Positions 37,874-47,048 of a stretch of DNA of 64,000 bases are shown piece after piece. The position numbers and the translations under genes were made by a program. Under the pieces are notes generated by a model, which was given only the letters and a program-made list of their open reading frames with translations, did not search any database and was not told the origin of the DNA. This DNA is from Chthoniobacteraceae bacterium (GTDB lineage Bacteria; Verrucomicrobiota; Verrucomicrobiia; Chthoniobacterales; Chthoniobacteraceae): the NCBI GenBank assembly GCA_031409655.1, contig JANNXQ010000127.1:1-64000 (forward strand), written 5' to 3'. Numbering within the stretch: position 1 is the stretch's first letter; each line of letters begins with the position of its first letter.

Positions 37874-39166
37874 CTATTTGTGGAAGCTGTTGACGGAAAA
37901 GGCGGAGGCGTATTCTTCCGGGGCGGTGGGCTGGAAGGTAGAGCCGTCGAACAAGGACTCGGGAGCGAGGTCGGGCCCGCCGTGAAGCGCGCCGATCTCT
38001 TGCATGGCGGCTGCGTAGAAGTCTGGGCGCATGACCCGCGCGGCTACTCCGAGGTAGTCCGGCGCGAGGGGCAGCATCGTCCAGCGGCGGAACTGCGAAA
38101 GCCACCAAAGGGCATACTTGGCTTGGGGATAGTTGGCGTTGCGGGCGCTGAGGGTTAGACCGCGAAGGTCCGTGCGTTGGCGGCCATCGCCGTAATCCAT
38201 GCGGTTCCCGAGGCGGGCGCGAATTAACTCGGGAGGTGCGCCGATGTACTCGGGCTGGCCAAGGAGGGCTGCCAAGGCGTCATGGTTTGCCGGATCGTCG
38301 CACCAGAGGCTGGCTTCGTGCAGGGCCTTCAGGACGGCTTTGACGGTCTTTGGATGCGCCTCAGCAAACTCCTCGGTGAAGGCGAGGACTTTCTCCGGAT
38401 GGTCGGGCCAGATGTCCTCCGTTGCGATCGTCGTAAAGCCCAGATCATCGGCAATGGCGCGGGTGTTCCACGGTTCACCGACACAGAAGCCGTCCATCCG
38501 TCCGGTGCGCAAATTGGCCACCATCTGCGGCGGGGGCACGGTGATGAGGGCCAGATCCTTGTCGGGATGAATGCCGCCCGCGGCCAGCCAGTAGCGGAGC
38601 CACATGGCGTGGGTGCCCGGGGCGAGCGTGATCCCAAAGACCAAAGGCCGGCCTTTGTCCCGCGCCTCAAAGGCCATGGGACGGAGCAACTTTGGGTCGG
38701 CGCCGACCTTGCCGCGATACTTGCGGCCCAGCGTGATGGCTTGGCCATTGCGGCTCAGGATCCAGGGGATGATGAGGGGCTTCTGTTCGGTGCCCAGCTT
38801 ACCGACGGCCGCGCCGATTGGCATGCCGAAGAGCATTTGGGCGGCTTGGAGTTGTCCGGAGTTCAGGGCATCGCGCAGCGCGGTCCAACTGGCGACCTTG
38901 GTGATACTGGCCTGCAGACCATATTTTGCAAAGAGCCCATGGGCCAACGCGACCACGATCGGTGCGCAATCCACCAGGGGCAGAATGCCGAAGGAAAGTT
39001 GCGCCACTTCTGGCCTGCCCTCGACCGAAACCCCATTCGCCCGGCCGCCCGGCAGGAGCGTCGCAAGATCGAGACCTTCTCCACGATGGGCGGGGATGTC
39101 GTGATCGAGCGCGCGCGCTCCCGGAGCGGAGCCGTTCAAAGTAAGATCGAGGTCGAAGGCGTTCAT
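37874..39166 (-). CDS. CmpA/NrtA family binding protein paralog without an evident export signal
   Basis: GILPLVDCAP, SW..LRD.L, GTHAMWLRYWLAAGGI.P, VPPPQMVAN, FCVGEPWN, HPEKV; N-terminus lacks RR and a hydrophobic core. Confidence 0.88.
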   Translation of the reverse strand: MNAFDLDLTLNGSAPGARALDHDIPAHRGEGLDLATLLPGGRANGVSVEGRPEVAQLSFGILPLVDCAPIVVALAHGLFAKYGLQASITKVASWTALRDALNSGQLQAAQMLFGMPIGAAVGKLGTEQKPLIIPWILSRNGQAITLGRKYRGKVGADPKLLRPMAFEARDKGRPLVFGITLAPGTHAMWLRYWLAAGGIHPDKDLALITVPPPQMVANLRTGRMDGFCVGEPWNTRAIADDLGFTTIATEDIWPDHPEKVLAFTEEFAEAHPKTVKAVLKALHEASLWCDDPANHDALAALLGQPEYIGAPPELIRARLGNRMDYGDGRQRTDLRGLTLSARNANYPQAKYALWWLSQFRRWTMLPLAPDYLGVAARVMRPDFYAAAMQEIGALHGGPDLAPESLFDGSTFQPTAPEEYASAFSVNSFHK

Positions 39167-39172
39167 TGCGGG

Positions 39173-40447
39173 CTAACCCTTTACACTGTGGATCGGGAAG
39201 CCTTTCGCGTAGGCTTCCAGGTCGCCCTTGGGATCAAACTTCACGCCGTCGAAGAGCGTCTCCGGGCTGTTATCCAGGACGCCCTTGGTGTAGCCGATCT
39301 CCTTCATGGCTTCTTCGTAAATGTCGGGACGCATGACCTGTTTCGCGACGCCCTCGTAGTCTGGCGCGCCTTCCACCAGACCCCAGCGCCGGAACTGGGT
39401 GAGCCACCACTGGCAATACTTGGGCTGCGGATAGTTACAGTTCCGATCGCTGAAGATCATGTAGTTCGGGTCCCTCAGCTTGCGTCCGTCGCCGTAGAGA
39501 TACTTGCCTTGCAAGCGACCGAGGATCACGTCTTCAGGGCAATTGATATAGGTCGGTGAAGCCACGATCCTGGCCTGCTCGGGGCGGTTATCCATCACGT
39601 CCAGCCAGACGCTGGCTTCGTGCAGAGCTTTGAGAATGGCCTTCACGGTCTTCGGGTTCTTGGCGGAAAATTCCTCAGTGAACGCACAGACCTTCTCGGG
39701 GTGATCTTTCCAGATGGCCTGGGTCGAGACGCTGGTGAAGCCGATGTCGTCGGCGATGGCACGGGCGTTCCATGGTTCACCGACACAATAACCATCCATC
39801 TTACCGGCTTTCATATTGGCGACCATCTGTGGTGGGGGCACGGTGATGAGGGAGACATCGGTATCGGGATTGATGCCGCCGGCTGCGAGATAGTAGCGCA
39901 TCCACATGGCGTGCGTCCCGGGCGGGAAGGTCATGGCAAAGGAGAGTGGAGTGCCAGCTTTCCTGGCTTCCTCCGCAAAGGGCTTCAGCGCCTTTGGATC
40001 GTCGGTGACCTTCCCTTTGAACTTATTGGACAGGGTGATGGCCTGACCGTTGCGGTTCATGAGCCACGGCACGATCATCGGCTTCTTTGGGGAGCCGCCC
40101 AGACCCATGGTCGAGGCGATCGGCATCCCGAGAAGCATGTGGGTGGCCTGAATGTCACCGTTGGACAATGAATCACGAATCGCCGCCCAGTTCGCGCCCT
40201 TCGTAACGATCGAGTTGATGCCATACTTTTTGAAGAGCCCCTTTTCGTGCGCGATGACGATGGAAGAACAGTCCGTCAGCGCGATGATGCCAAATTTCAT
40301 GTCGGCAGTTTCCGGTGCATCGCTGGCGTAGGCAGATCCCATCCAGCCTTTCGGGAGGCCACCGAAGAGGGTGGCGAGTCCGAGGCCTTTGGTGGTTTTG
40401 GAAAGGAAGGTGCGCCGTGATTGGGTGATGTTGGTGGGTTGGTTCAT
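39173..40447 (-). CDS. nrtA: Nitrate ABC transporter substrate-binding protein (Tat-exported)
   Basis: SRRTFL Tat motif and AYA cleavage site; GIIALTDC, VPPPQMVANM, YCVGEPWN, WKDHPEKV. Confidence 0.9.
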   Translation of the reverse strand: MNQPTNITQSRRTFLSKTTKGLGLATLFGGLPKGWMGSAYASDAPETADMKFGIIALTDCSSIVIAHEKGLFKKYGINSIVTKGANWAAIRDSLSNGDIQATHMLLGMPIASTMGLGGSPKKPMIVPWLMNRNGQAITLSNKFKGKVTDDPKALKPFAEEARKAGTPLSFAMTFPPGTHAMWMRYYLAAGGINPDTDVSLITVPPPQMVANMKAGKMDGYCVGEPWNARAIADDIGFTSVSTQAIWKDHPEKVCAFTEEFSAKNPKTVKAILKALHEASVWLDVMDNRPEQARIVASPTYINCPEDVILGRLQGKYLYGDGRKLRDPNYMIFSDRNCNYPQPKYCQWWLTQFRRWGLVEGAPDYEGVAKQVMRPDIYEEAMKEIGYTKGVLDNSPETLFDGVKFDPKGDLEAYAKGFPIHSVKG

Positions 40448-41490
40448 TGGTCAGTGGTGGAGATGAGAGCGAGTGCCTGGCGGTGGATATCTGCGCGGAA
40501 CCACGCCTGCGCGCCGTGGCGCGGCAGGATGGTGGGATCTGGAACGAGGCCGGCGGAGAGGAGGTTTTCGATGACCCACTCGGCTTTGTCGGTGGTGGGT
40601 TCATTCGCGTCGTCGCCGGCGAAGATGTGAAAGTCGCGGTGCTTTTCGACACGGCCGTGGCCGTAGTCGAATGTGCCGCCCATGCCCATGCGCAGGGACT
40701 GGATGGGGGCGCCGATGTATTCGGGCTGGGCGAGGGTCTCGATGAGGCGCTCGCGATTCGCGGGCTTCTCGCAGAAGGCGCAGGCCTCAAAGATCGCCGC
40801 GACCAGCGCCAGGTGCTCGCGCTCCATCCGTTCGGCGAAGGTCTTGCGGACCAGCAGCACTTTCTCCGGATGGCGTGGCGCGAGATCGAGGCTGGTGGCG
40901 ACGCACCAACCGGTGCGGGACAGCACGGCCATCGAGTTCCAAGGTTCACCAACGCAGTAGCCATCGAGGTGTCCCGCTTGCAGGTTCGCGTGGACCTGCG
41001 CGGGCGGCACGACGACGATCTGGACGTCGCGGTCCGGTGCGAGGTCGTGCTCGCGGAGCCAGAGGCGCAGCAGGCAATGGTGCGCGGAATAGGGATGCAC
41101 CACCCCGAGGGTCAGCCGTTCGCGACTCCTGGAGACCACTTCGCGTAGGGTGCGTCCGTCGCGCACCCCACGGCGCCACAGACTTTCGGAAAGGGTGATC
41201 GCATTGCCCTGAAGATTGAGCACCAGCGCAGTGAGGCAGTCGGCCTGGATCGAGCCGAGGCCACAGCTCGCGGAGACGACCAGTCCGGCAGGTGCATGGG
41301 CGGCGTCGAGTTCGCCGTAGATGACCTTGTCTCGGATCGTCGCCCAGCCCACTTCCCGGTGGAGTTCGACTTCGACGTCGTACTTTTCAAAGAGCCCAAG
41401 CTCCTGCGCCATGATCAAGGGTGCGCTGTCCACGAGCGCCACGAAGCCGAGTCGAATCGGGTGGTGGAGCGGGTGGATGTTATTGCGCAT
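40444..41490 (-). CDS. NasS-like cytoplasmic nitrate sensor (short CmpA/NrtA family)
   Basis: 348 aa, starts almost directly at IRLGFVALVDSAPLI; GWATIRDK, VHPYSAHHCLLRLWL, YCVGEPWNS, HPEKVL; no signal peptide. Confidence 0.82.
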   Translation of the reverse strand: MRNNIHPLHHPIRLGFVALVDSAPLIMAQELGLFEKYDVEVELHREVGWATIRDKVIYGELDAAHAPAGLVVSASCGLGSIQADCLTALVLNLQGNAITLSESLWRRGVRDGRTLREVVSRSRERLTLGVVHPYSAHHCLLRLWLREHDLAPDRDVQIVVVPPAQVHANLQAGHLDGYCVGEPWNSMAVLSRTGWCVATSLDLAPRHPEKVLLVRKTFAERMEREHLALVAAIFEACAFCEKPANRERLIETLAQPEYIGAPIQSLRMGMGGTFDYGHGRVEKHRDFHIFAGDDANEPTTDKAEWVIENLLSAGLVPDPTILPRHGAQAWFRADIHRQALALISTTDQ

Positions 41491-41522
41491 CGATGTGGCG
41501 AAATTTGCGATGCGAGCCCTTT

Positions 41523-41538
41523 AGCCTCTGCCATGCCA
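41523..41538 (-). promoter_or_regulatory. Candidate sigma54 (-24/-12) promoter for the nitrate operon
   Basis: TGGCATGGCAGAGGCT on the minus strand: GG-N10-GC spacing, 33 bp upstream of the first ATG; the TT before GC is not conserved. Confidence 0.4.
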
Positions 41539-41588
41539 TGAGCGGCGAAGTGGGCGTATAAACAGATTGCGATGTTTTTATGAATGTG

Positions 41589-41603
41589 ATGAAAGGGATT
41601 CAT
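41589..41603. promoter_or_regulatory. LysR-type T-N11-A binding site
   Basis: ATGAA-aggga-TTCAT palindrome directly before the LysR ATG (41606) in the divergent intergenic region. Confidence 0.65.
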
Positions 41604-41605
41604 AC

Positions 41606-42511
41606 ATGTCGCAACCTCTTGATAGCAGGCAGCTCCGCGCCTTCTCCGTGCTCGCGCGCACCGGGAGTTTCACCCGCACCGCGCAGGAGCTGCATCTCAC
41701 GCAGAGCGCGATCAGCCATGCCATCAAGGGGTTGGAAAGCGACATGGGCTGTCGCCTTTTGGACAGGCTGGGCAAAAGCGTGGTGCTGACGCAGGCCGGA
41801 GAACAACTGCTGGTGCGGGTCGAGCGCATCCTGGAAGAAATGAGCAGTGCGCGCTCGGAACTCGGGCGGTTGGGGAAATGGGGGACGAGTCGGCTGCGGA
41901 TCGGGGCGAGCACCACGGCCTGCCAGCATGTGCTGCCGGGGGTGTTGCGGGAGTTCAAGGAGAGCTTCCCGCAGTGCGCGATCTCCATCCAGCCGGGAGA
42001 CACGCCCGAAAACATCGAGGCGCTGCGGGCGCATCAGATCGATCTCGCGGTGAATCTCGAACCGCACCGCGAAGCACAACTCGATTTTCGCCCGATGTTC
42101 ACCGACGAGCTGCAGTTCATCGTGAGCCCGCTCCATCCGTGGGCCAAGGCGGGCAAAGTGGCGCGCGCTGAGATCGCTCGCGAACACTACATCCTCTACG
42201 GAAAGGGGAGCTACACCTTCAAGATGATCGAGGCCTACTTCCGCGCGGACGAGATCGTCCTGCATAGCCTGCTCGACCTCGGGAATATGGAAGCGATCAA
42301 GGAACTCGTGAAACTCGGGCTCGGGATCAGCATCGCCGCGCCATGGACCGCGCGCGCGGAGATCGAGGAAAAGTCCCTCGTGGCTCTCCCGCTAGGCCGG
42401 CGGAAGCTGAAACGCCGCTGGGGGATCCTGCACTGGCGCGCCCGCCGACTCTCCCTCGCGGAGGAGACGTTCGTCGGTCTCTGCGAGAGTGTCGCGGAGC
42501 GGCTCGGTTAA
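41606..42511 (+). CDS. LysR-type transcriptional regulator
   Basis: RQLRAF...GSFTRTAQELHLTQSAISHAIKGLE..GCRLLDR, LRIGAS, EAIKELVKLGLGIS. Confidence 0.95.
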   Translation: MSQPLDSRQLRAFSVLARTGSFTRTAQELHLTQSAISHAIKGLESDMGCRLLDRLGKSVVLTQAGEQLLVRVERILEEMSSARSELGRLGKWGTSRLRIGASTTACQHVLPGVLREFKESFPQCAISIQPGDTPENIEALRAHQIDLAVNLEPHREAQLDFRPMFTDELQFIVSPLHPWAKAGKVARAEIAREHYILYGKGSYTFKMIEAYFRADEIVLHSLLDLGNMEAIKELVKLGLGISIAAPWTARAEIEEKSLVALPLGRRKLKRRWGILHWRARRLSLAEETFVGLCESVAERLG

Positions 42512-42673
42512 GGGCCTGTTGAAAAACGCAACCTCAATGGATGGCGTCGCTCCGCGCGCCATGCCAAACTCTGCCCGCAGGCCGATCTTTCAGAGTGGCG
42601 CTGCGTGCGAAGCGAGTCATGGCGCGCGGAGCGACGCCATCCTCCGAGGCCCCAGAAGTTTTTCAACAGGCTG
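42512..42673. mobile_element. 162-bp MITE-like element with 14-bp terminal inverted repeats and a nested 25-bp inverted repeat
   Basis: GCCTGTTGAAAAAC (42514-42527) / GTTTTTCAACAGGC (42658-42671); inner perfect arms at 42539-42563 and 42618-42642; flanked by TAA and TTA. Confidence 0.75.
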
Positions 42674-43741
42674 TTAGTAAACGCCTTCCACGATCGTCTT
42701 CGTCATCGCGCCAAAGGGGCGGACCTCCGCCACGCCGTCCCAGGCGTACGGGGCGCGCGGCTTGCGGCGCAGGGCTTCGTCGCGCTCGAGGAAGCGGGGC
42801 ATGAAGAATTCCTTGGTCAGCGTCGTGAGTTCCACGCGGCCCCAGGTGTCGTACTCGACGGTCTTGGTGGTGTCGTCGGGATCCACCACGCGCAGGACCG
42901 CGCGCGGCTGCGGGGCGTAGTAGGTGATGGAGAAGTTGTCTTCCTTAGTGAGCGGCACGCTCGCAGCGAGACCCATGAGGGTATTGCCGTAGGTGGGATA
43001 AAAGCCGATGCGATTTTCGAGCACTTCCTCGACGATGAAGCGCACGTATTGCGGGAGCATCGTGGTGCCGCCGCAGAAGACGCCGCGGATGCCAGCGTCG
43101 AAGATGTTCACCTTCTCGGAGAGCGCCTCGAGCAGCTTCGGGGTGGTGAAAAGGCCGCTCACTTTGCGGTGCTTGAGGATGATCGCGGCCTGATCGACGA
43201 CGTGCTCCATGTATTGCTTGGCGACCTCGAACTGCTTGTTCGTGATGAGCTTTTTCACGAAGCGCGGATCGAGGTCGATGAAGTAGCATGACGAGCCGCG
43301 GACGTGGGCGAGATGTTCGATAGCGAGCCGCAGCCGGCGCGGTCCCGTGGGCCCCATCATCAGCCACGCGCCGCCGCGGGGGAAATGCTCGTCGGAGATT
43401 TTCTCCGAGAACTCGGAGTAATCCGTTTTGTAATCGGTCCAGCCGATGCGCTGTTTCGGCATGCCGGTGGTGCCGCCGGTTTCAAAGATGTTATACGGCT
43501 GGCCCTTGTAAGCCGCGGGCACCCAGACTTCGGGTTGCAGTTCGCGCAGCCATTCGTCTTGGAAATGCGGGAACTTTTTCAGGTCTTCGAAGCACTTGAC
43601 CTCTTTGCGCGGGTCGAAGTTTTTCCCCGCCCACTCGAGCCAGAAGGGACAGCCGGTTTCGGGTGAAAAATGCCAGGCGATGATTTCCTGGAGATGCGCT
43701 TCGAGCTGGGCTTGGGCTTGTTCGGGTGTGAGTGAGATCAT
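42674..43741 (-). CDS. EhpF/PaaK-like adenylate-forming enzyme
   Basis: WHFSPETGCPFW, FETGGTTGMPK P-loop, IDLDPRFVKKL, LFTTPKLL, YGNTLMG, RFLERD. Confidence 0.7.
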   Translation of the reverse strand: MISLTPEQAQAQLEAHLQEIIAWHFSPETGCPFWLEWAGKNFDPRKEVKCFEDLKKFPHFQDEWLRELQPEVWVPAAYKGQPYNIFETGGTTGMPKQRIGWTDYKTDYSEFSEKISDEHFPRGGAWLMMGPTGPRRLRLAIEHLAHVRGSSCYFIDLDPRFVKKLITNKQFEVAKQYMEHVVDQAAIILKHRKVSGLFTTPKLLEALSEKVNIFDAGIRGVFCGGTTMLPQYVRFIVEEVLENRIGFYPTYGNTLMGLAASVPLTKEDNFSITYYAPQPRAVLRVVDPDDTTKTVEYDTWGRVELTTLTKEFFMPRFLERDEALRRKPRAPYAWDGVAEVRPFGAMTKTIVEGVY

Positions 43742-43774
43742 GGCTTCAGGAAGAGGAGATTTGCGGGTGCCGGG

Positions 43775-45247
43775 TCATTCTTGCTCGGCTTTGGGTTCGG
43801 GTAGGAATTGGGTGAGGATCGCCCCGATCAGGGCGTAGGCGCCGGCGACGCAGGCCCCGACAATGGCAATCTTCGCTGGGTCGGGCTTGTCGGATGCCGC
43901 GAGGGTGAGGGTGATCCAGGCGGCGGCGGTGCCGAGCACGCGCCCGCCGATATTCGCGGCGAAGCTCTCGCCGGTGCCGCGCAGATGCACCGGGAAGACG
44001 AGAGGGATGTAGTTTCCCCAGAAGCTGAACTGCGCCACGACGAGGAAGCCGGCGACGAAGATGCCGAGTTTGATCGCGGTGATGCTGCCGGCATCCCCGA
44101 GTTGCCCGGACATCCACCAGAAGAGCAGCGGGACGATGATCAGCGCCGGGATCTGGAAGATCCGGAAGAGGGTGCGGCGACTGACGACGACGACGGCGAG
44201 CATCGCCAGCGCGACCCGACCGGCCATGCCGCCGATTTCCTGCCAGAAGGTGACTTTCGCGACGGCTTCGTCGCTGGCATTGCCGCCGATCTGCCGCTTC
44301 TTGCCCGCTGGAACTTCGGGTTTGCCCGCGGCTTTCGCTTCGCCCACGGCTTTGCCCACGGCGGCTTTCGCGGTCTCGATGATCGCCGCGTGACCGGATT
44401 GCTCCGGGGTGCCGATCCGCTGCGCGCCGAGGATCTGCGGGAGCTGCTGGATGGCGCCAAAGGCGATGCCGTAACTCGCGGCGAAGACGAGGGTGGTGAG
44501 GACGGTGGTCGCGCGGAGGCCGGGGGAGAAAAGCTCCGCGATGCTCGGCCGCTTGAGCACGCCAGCCAGGCGCTTCTTTTCCCACTCGGGAGACTCGGGC
44601 AGGAAAGGGCGGATCAAGATCAGCGGGAGCGCGGGAATTACGCCGGAGATCAGCGTATAGCGCCAGGCTTCATGCCCGCCGTGGATCGCCGGGAGATCCA
44701 GCGCCCACTTGGCGGCGAGGACATTCGCCGCCGCGACGAGCAGCCCGCCGACGGACGAAAACGCCTGGGTGTAGCCGAGCACTTTCTCGCGCTGCTTCGG
44801 CTCTTTGAATAACTCCGCAAGCCACGCGACCGCCGCGACGAATTCCACGCAGACGCCGATGAAGACGAGGCAACGGAAGAAGAGTAACTGCCAGAGATTC
44901 GTGGAGAATCCCGCGGCGCACGCGGCGAAAGCATAAAGCAGAATGCTGAAGGTCAGGACCCGCCGCCGGCCGAGGCGATCCGTGAGATAACCACCGAGCA
45001 AACCGAAGACCCCGCCGGCCAGCGCCGGCACGAAAAAGAGCAGGCGCGCCCATTCGGTGAATTCCTTCGAGCCCGGGATGAGCAAGGGCAGGCCATCCGG
45101 TCCGACACCGCCGAGCGCCGCGAGCGCCGGCTTCACGATGAGGGGCAGCATCAGCAACTCATAGATATCGAAGGCAAACCCGATCGCTGCGATGACGCAG
45201 ATCAGCCATTGGGTGCGCGTCAGCCCGCCGGCCTTTTCCTGAGACAT
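43775..45247 (-). CDS. MFS transporter
   Basis: GYLTDRLGRRRVL motif A, EFVAAVAWLAELF, LPESPEW, FPVHLRGTG; about 12 TM helices. Confidence 0.92.
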   Translation of the reverse strand: MSQEKAGGLTRTQWLICVIAAIGFAFDIYELLMLPLIVKPALAALGGVGPDGLPLLIPGSKEFTEWARLLFFVPALAGGVFGLLGGYLTDRLGRRRVLTFSILLYAFAACAAGFSTNLWQLLFFRCLVFIGVCVEFVAAVAWLAELFKEPKQREKVLGYTQAFSSVGGLLVAAANVLAAKWALDLPAIHGGHEAWRYTLISGVIPALPLILIRPFLPESPEWEKKRLAGVLKRPSIAELFSPGLRATTVLTTLVFAASYGIAFGAIQQLPQILGAQRIGTPEQSGHAAIIETAKAAVGKAVGEAKAAGKPEVPAGKKRQIGGNASDEAVAKVTFWQEIGGMAGRVALAMLAVVVVSRRTLFRIFQIPALIIVPLLFWWMSGQLGDAGSITAIKLGIFVAGFLVVAQFSFWGNYIPLVFPVHLRGTGESFAANIGGRVLGTAAAWITLTLAASDKPDPAKIAIVGACVAGAYALIGAILTQFLPEPKAEQE

Positions 45248-45270
45248 GTGCGAGGGGGACGGGAGGAAGG

Positions 45271-46839
45271 TTACTTGGCCGCGGCGGTCACCGGCTTGGC
45301 CCCAGCGCCGATGGCGTAGAGATGCGTCTGGGTGCCGATGTACATGATGCCATTGGCCACCACGGGCGTGGAATAGACCGGGGCGTTCATGTTCACTTCG
45401 CTGAGGATCTTCTTCTCCTTGGCGCTTGCGAGGATGACTAAGTCTCCGTCTTCATCGCCGACATAGACCTTGCCGTCGGCGACAAAGGTCGAGCCCCACA
45501 TGTGCGCCTGCATGTCGTGGACCCAATGCAACTTCCCAGTCTCGGCATCGAGGCAATGCACGAAGCCCGAAAAGTCGCCGAGAAAGAGCAAGCCATTGGC
45601 GGGATCGATCGAGACGGTGCTGATGCTGCGCTTGGCATCCATGTAATCCCAGATCAGGCCAGTCTTGGTGACGTCGCCGGTCTTGGTGGCATCGATGCAG
45701 ACGAGGCGACCGACACCTTCGCCATGTTCGGGATCCTGGCCGATGGCGACATAGATGCGGTTCTTATAAAAGACGGGGGTGGAATTGATCTCGCTCGGAC
45801 CCTCAGCCGCGGGATACTTGATCGGCTTGCCGGACTTATCGACCTTGTAAGACTCCGGCACGGCATCGAACCACCAGACCTTCTTGATGAAGCTGGAATC
45901 ACCTTCCGTCACGGGCGTGGTGTCCAAGGCATAGAGGATGCCGTCGCCGCCGCCGAAGTACACCTGGCTTTTGCCGTTCACGAAGCCGGTCGAAGGAGAG
46001 GTCCACTGACCGTGCTTGATGTTCATGCCGATCTTGGCGTCGTCTTCGCCGACAAACTCGCCGGTCTTTTTATTCAGGGCGATGAAGGAGGGCGAGAGCG
46101 GTGACGGAATGTTGACATGGGTCCAGTCCTGGCCATTGGACGTGCAGATGAAGAGAGTATCTCCGACGGCGATTACGGAGCAGTTCGCGGCGTTGTGCGG
46201 GAAGACGCCGAGCTCATCCATCATGTCGTAACGCCAAATGATATCGGCATCTTTCTCGCCGGGCTCCACCTTCGGCTTTCCGGGGCCCACCATATACTGG
46301 GCTTCGTCCTTGAAGGGGCCGTCGTTGCCATTGGCCATGCCATTGAGATCGAGGCAGAGGACTTCGCAGCGGCTGGTCACCACATAGACCTTGTCCCCTT
46401 CGACGAGCGGCGAGCTGAGCAGCCCGAGATACTCCCAGTCGTTCACTTTCCCGGAGGCCAGCTTCGGCACCACGAGTTGCCAGAGAAAGTCGCCGTTGTA
46501 CTCGTTCAAGGCCATGAGGATCGACTTGTCGTCCTTAAAACGCGGATCGCGCGGGGTGGCGTTGTTCGTGCCCACGAGCACCTTGCCGTTCACGACCACC
46601 GGGTTGCCGTAGGTCTGGGAGCCGAGCTTGGCGACCCACTTTACATTCTCCGTGGTGGCGAGATCGACATCCTCGGAGTTTGGCTTGAATTTCCCAGGAT
46701 TAAACTTCTCCGGCAGGCCTTTTGCCGCGGAGTACATATTGCGGCCCGGGTCGTTGCCGCCCCATTGCGGCCAATCTTCGGCGCGAGCGGTGAGCGAAAG
46801 TGCAGCGAGTGCGAGAACGAAGGACGAGCGAGCGATCAT
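45271..46839 (-). CDS. Secreted PQQ-like/BamB-like beta-propeller protein
   Basis: Signal peptide; DWPQWGG..GRN; NVKWVAKLGSQTYGNPVV; repeated STPV...G..Y and CLDA.TG...W blades. Confidence 0.88.
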   Translation of the reverse strand: MIARSSFVLALAALSLTARAEDWPQWGGNDPGRNMYSAAKGLPEKFNPGKFKPNSEDVDLATTENVKWVAKLGSQTYGNPVVVNGKVLVGTNNATPRDPRFKDDKSILMALNEYNGDFLWQLVVPKLASGKVNDWEYLGLLSSPLVEGDKVYVVTSRCEVLCLDLNGMANGNDGPFKDEAQYMVGPGKPKVEPGEKDADIIWRYDMMDELGVFPHNAANCSVIAVGDTLFICTSNGQDWTHVNIPSPLSPSFIALNKKTGEFVGEDDAKIGMNIKHGQWTSPSTGFVNGKSQVYFGGGDGILYALDTTPVTEGDSSFIKKVWWFDAVPESYKVDKSGKPIKYPAAEGPSEINSTPVFYKNRIYVAIGQDPEHGEGVGRLVCIDATKTGDVTKTGLIWDYMDAKRSISTVSIDPANGLLFLGDFSGFVHCLDAETGKLHWVHDMQAHMWGSTFVADGKVYVGDEDGDLVILASAKEKKILSEVNMNAPVYSTPVVANGIMYIGTQTHLYAIGAGAKPVTAAAK

Positions 46840-47048
46840 GGTGTGAGAGTGGCGGACTTGGGGAGGTATTCTTTACGCATACGTATGATTCTCCGCCAAG
46901 CGTTATCTTTGGCCAGGATTCGCCAAGCCCCGCATTTGCGGCTGCGCGCGGCACGCCCGGCGCTCGTGGACCACCCACTACCGAACCTTGTCTTGCGTCC
47001 GCTCGCTCCCGAAGGGTAGTCCACCTGCCGCCAAAACCCCCTGCCATC

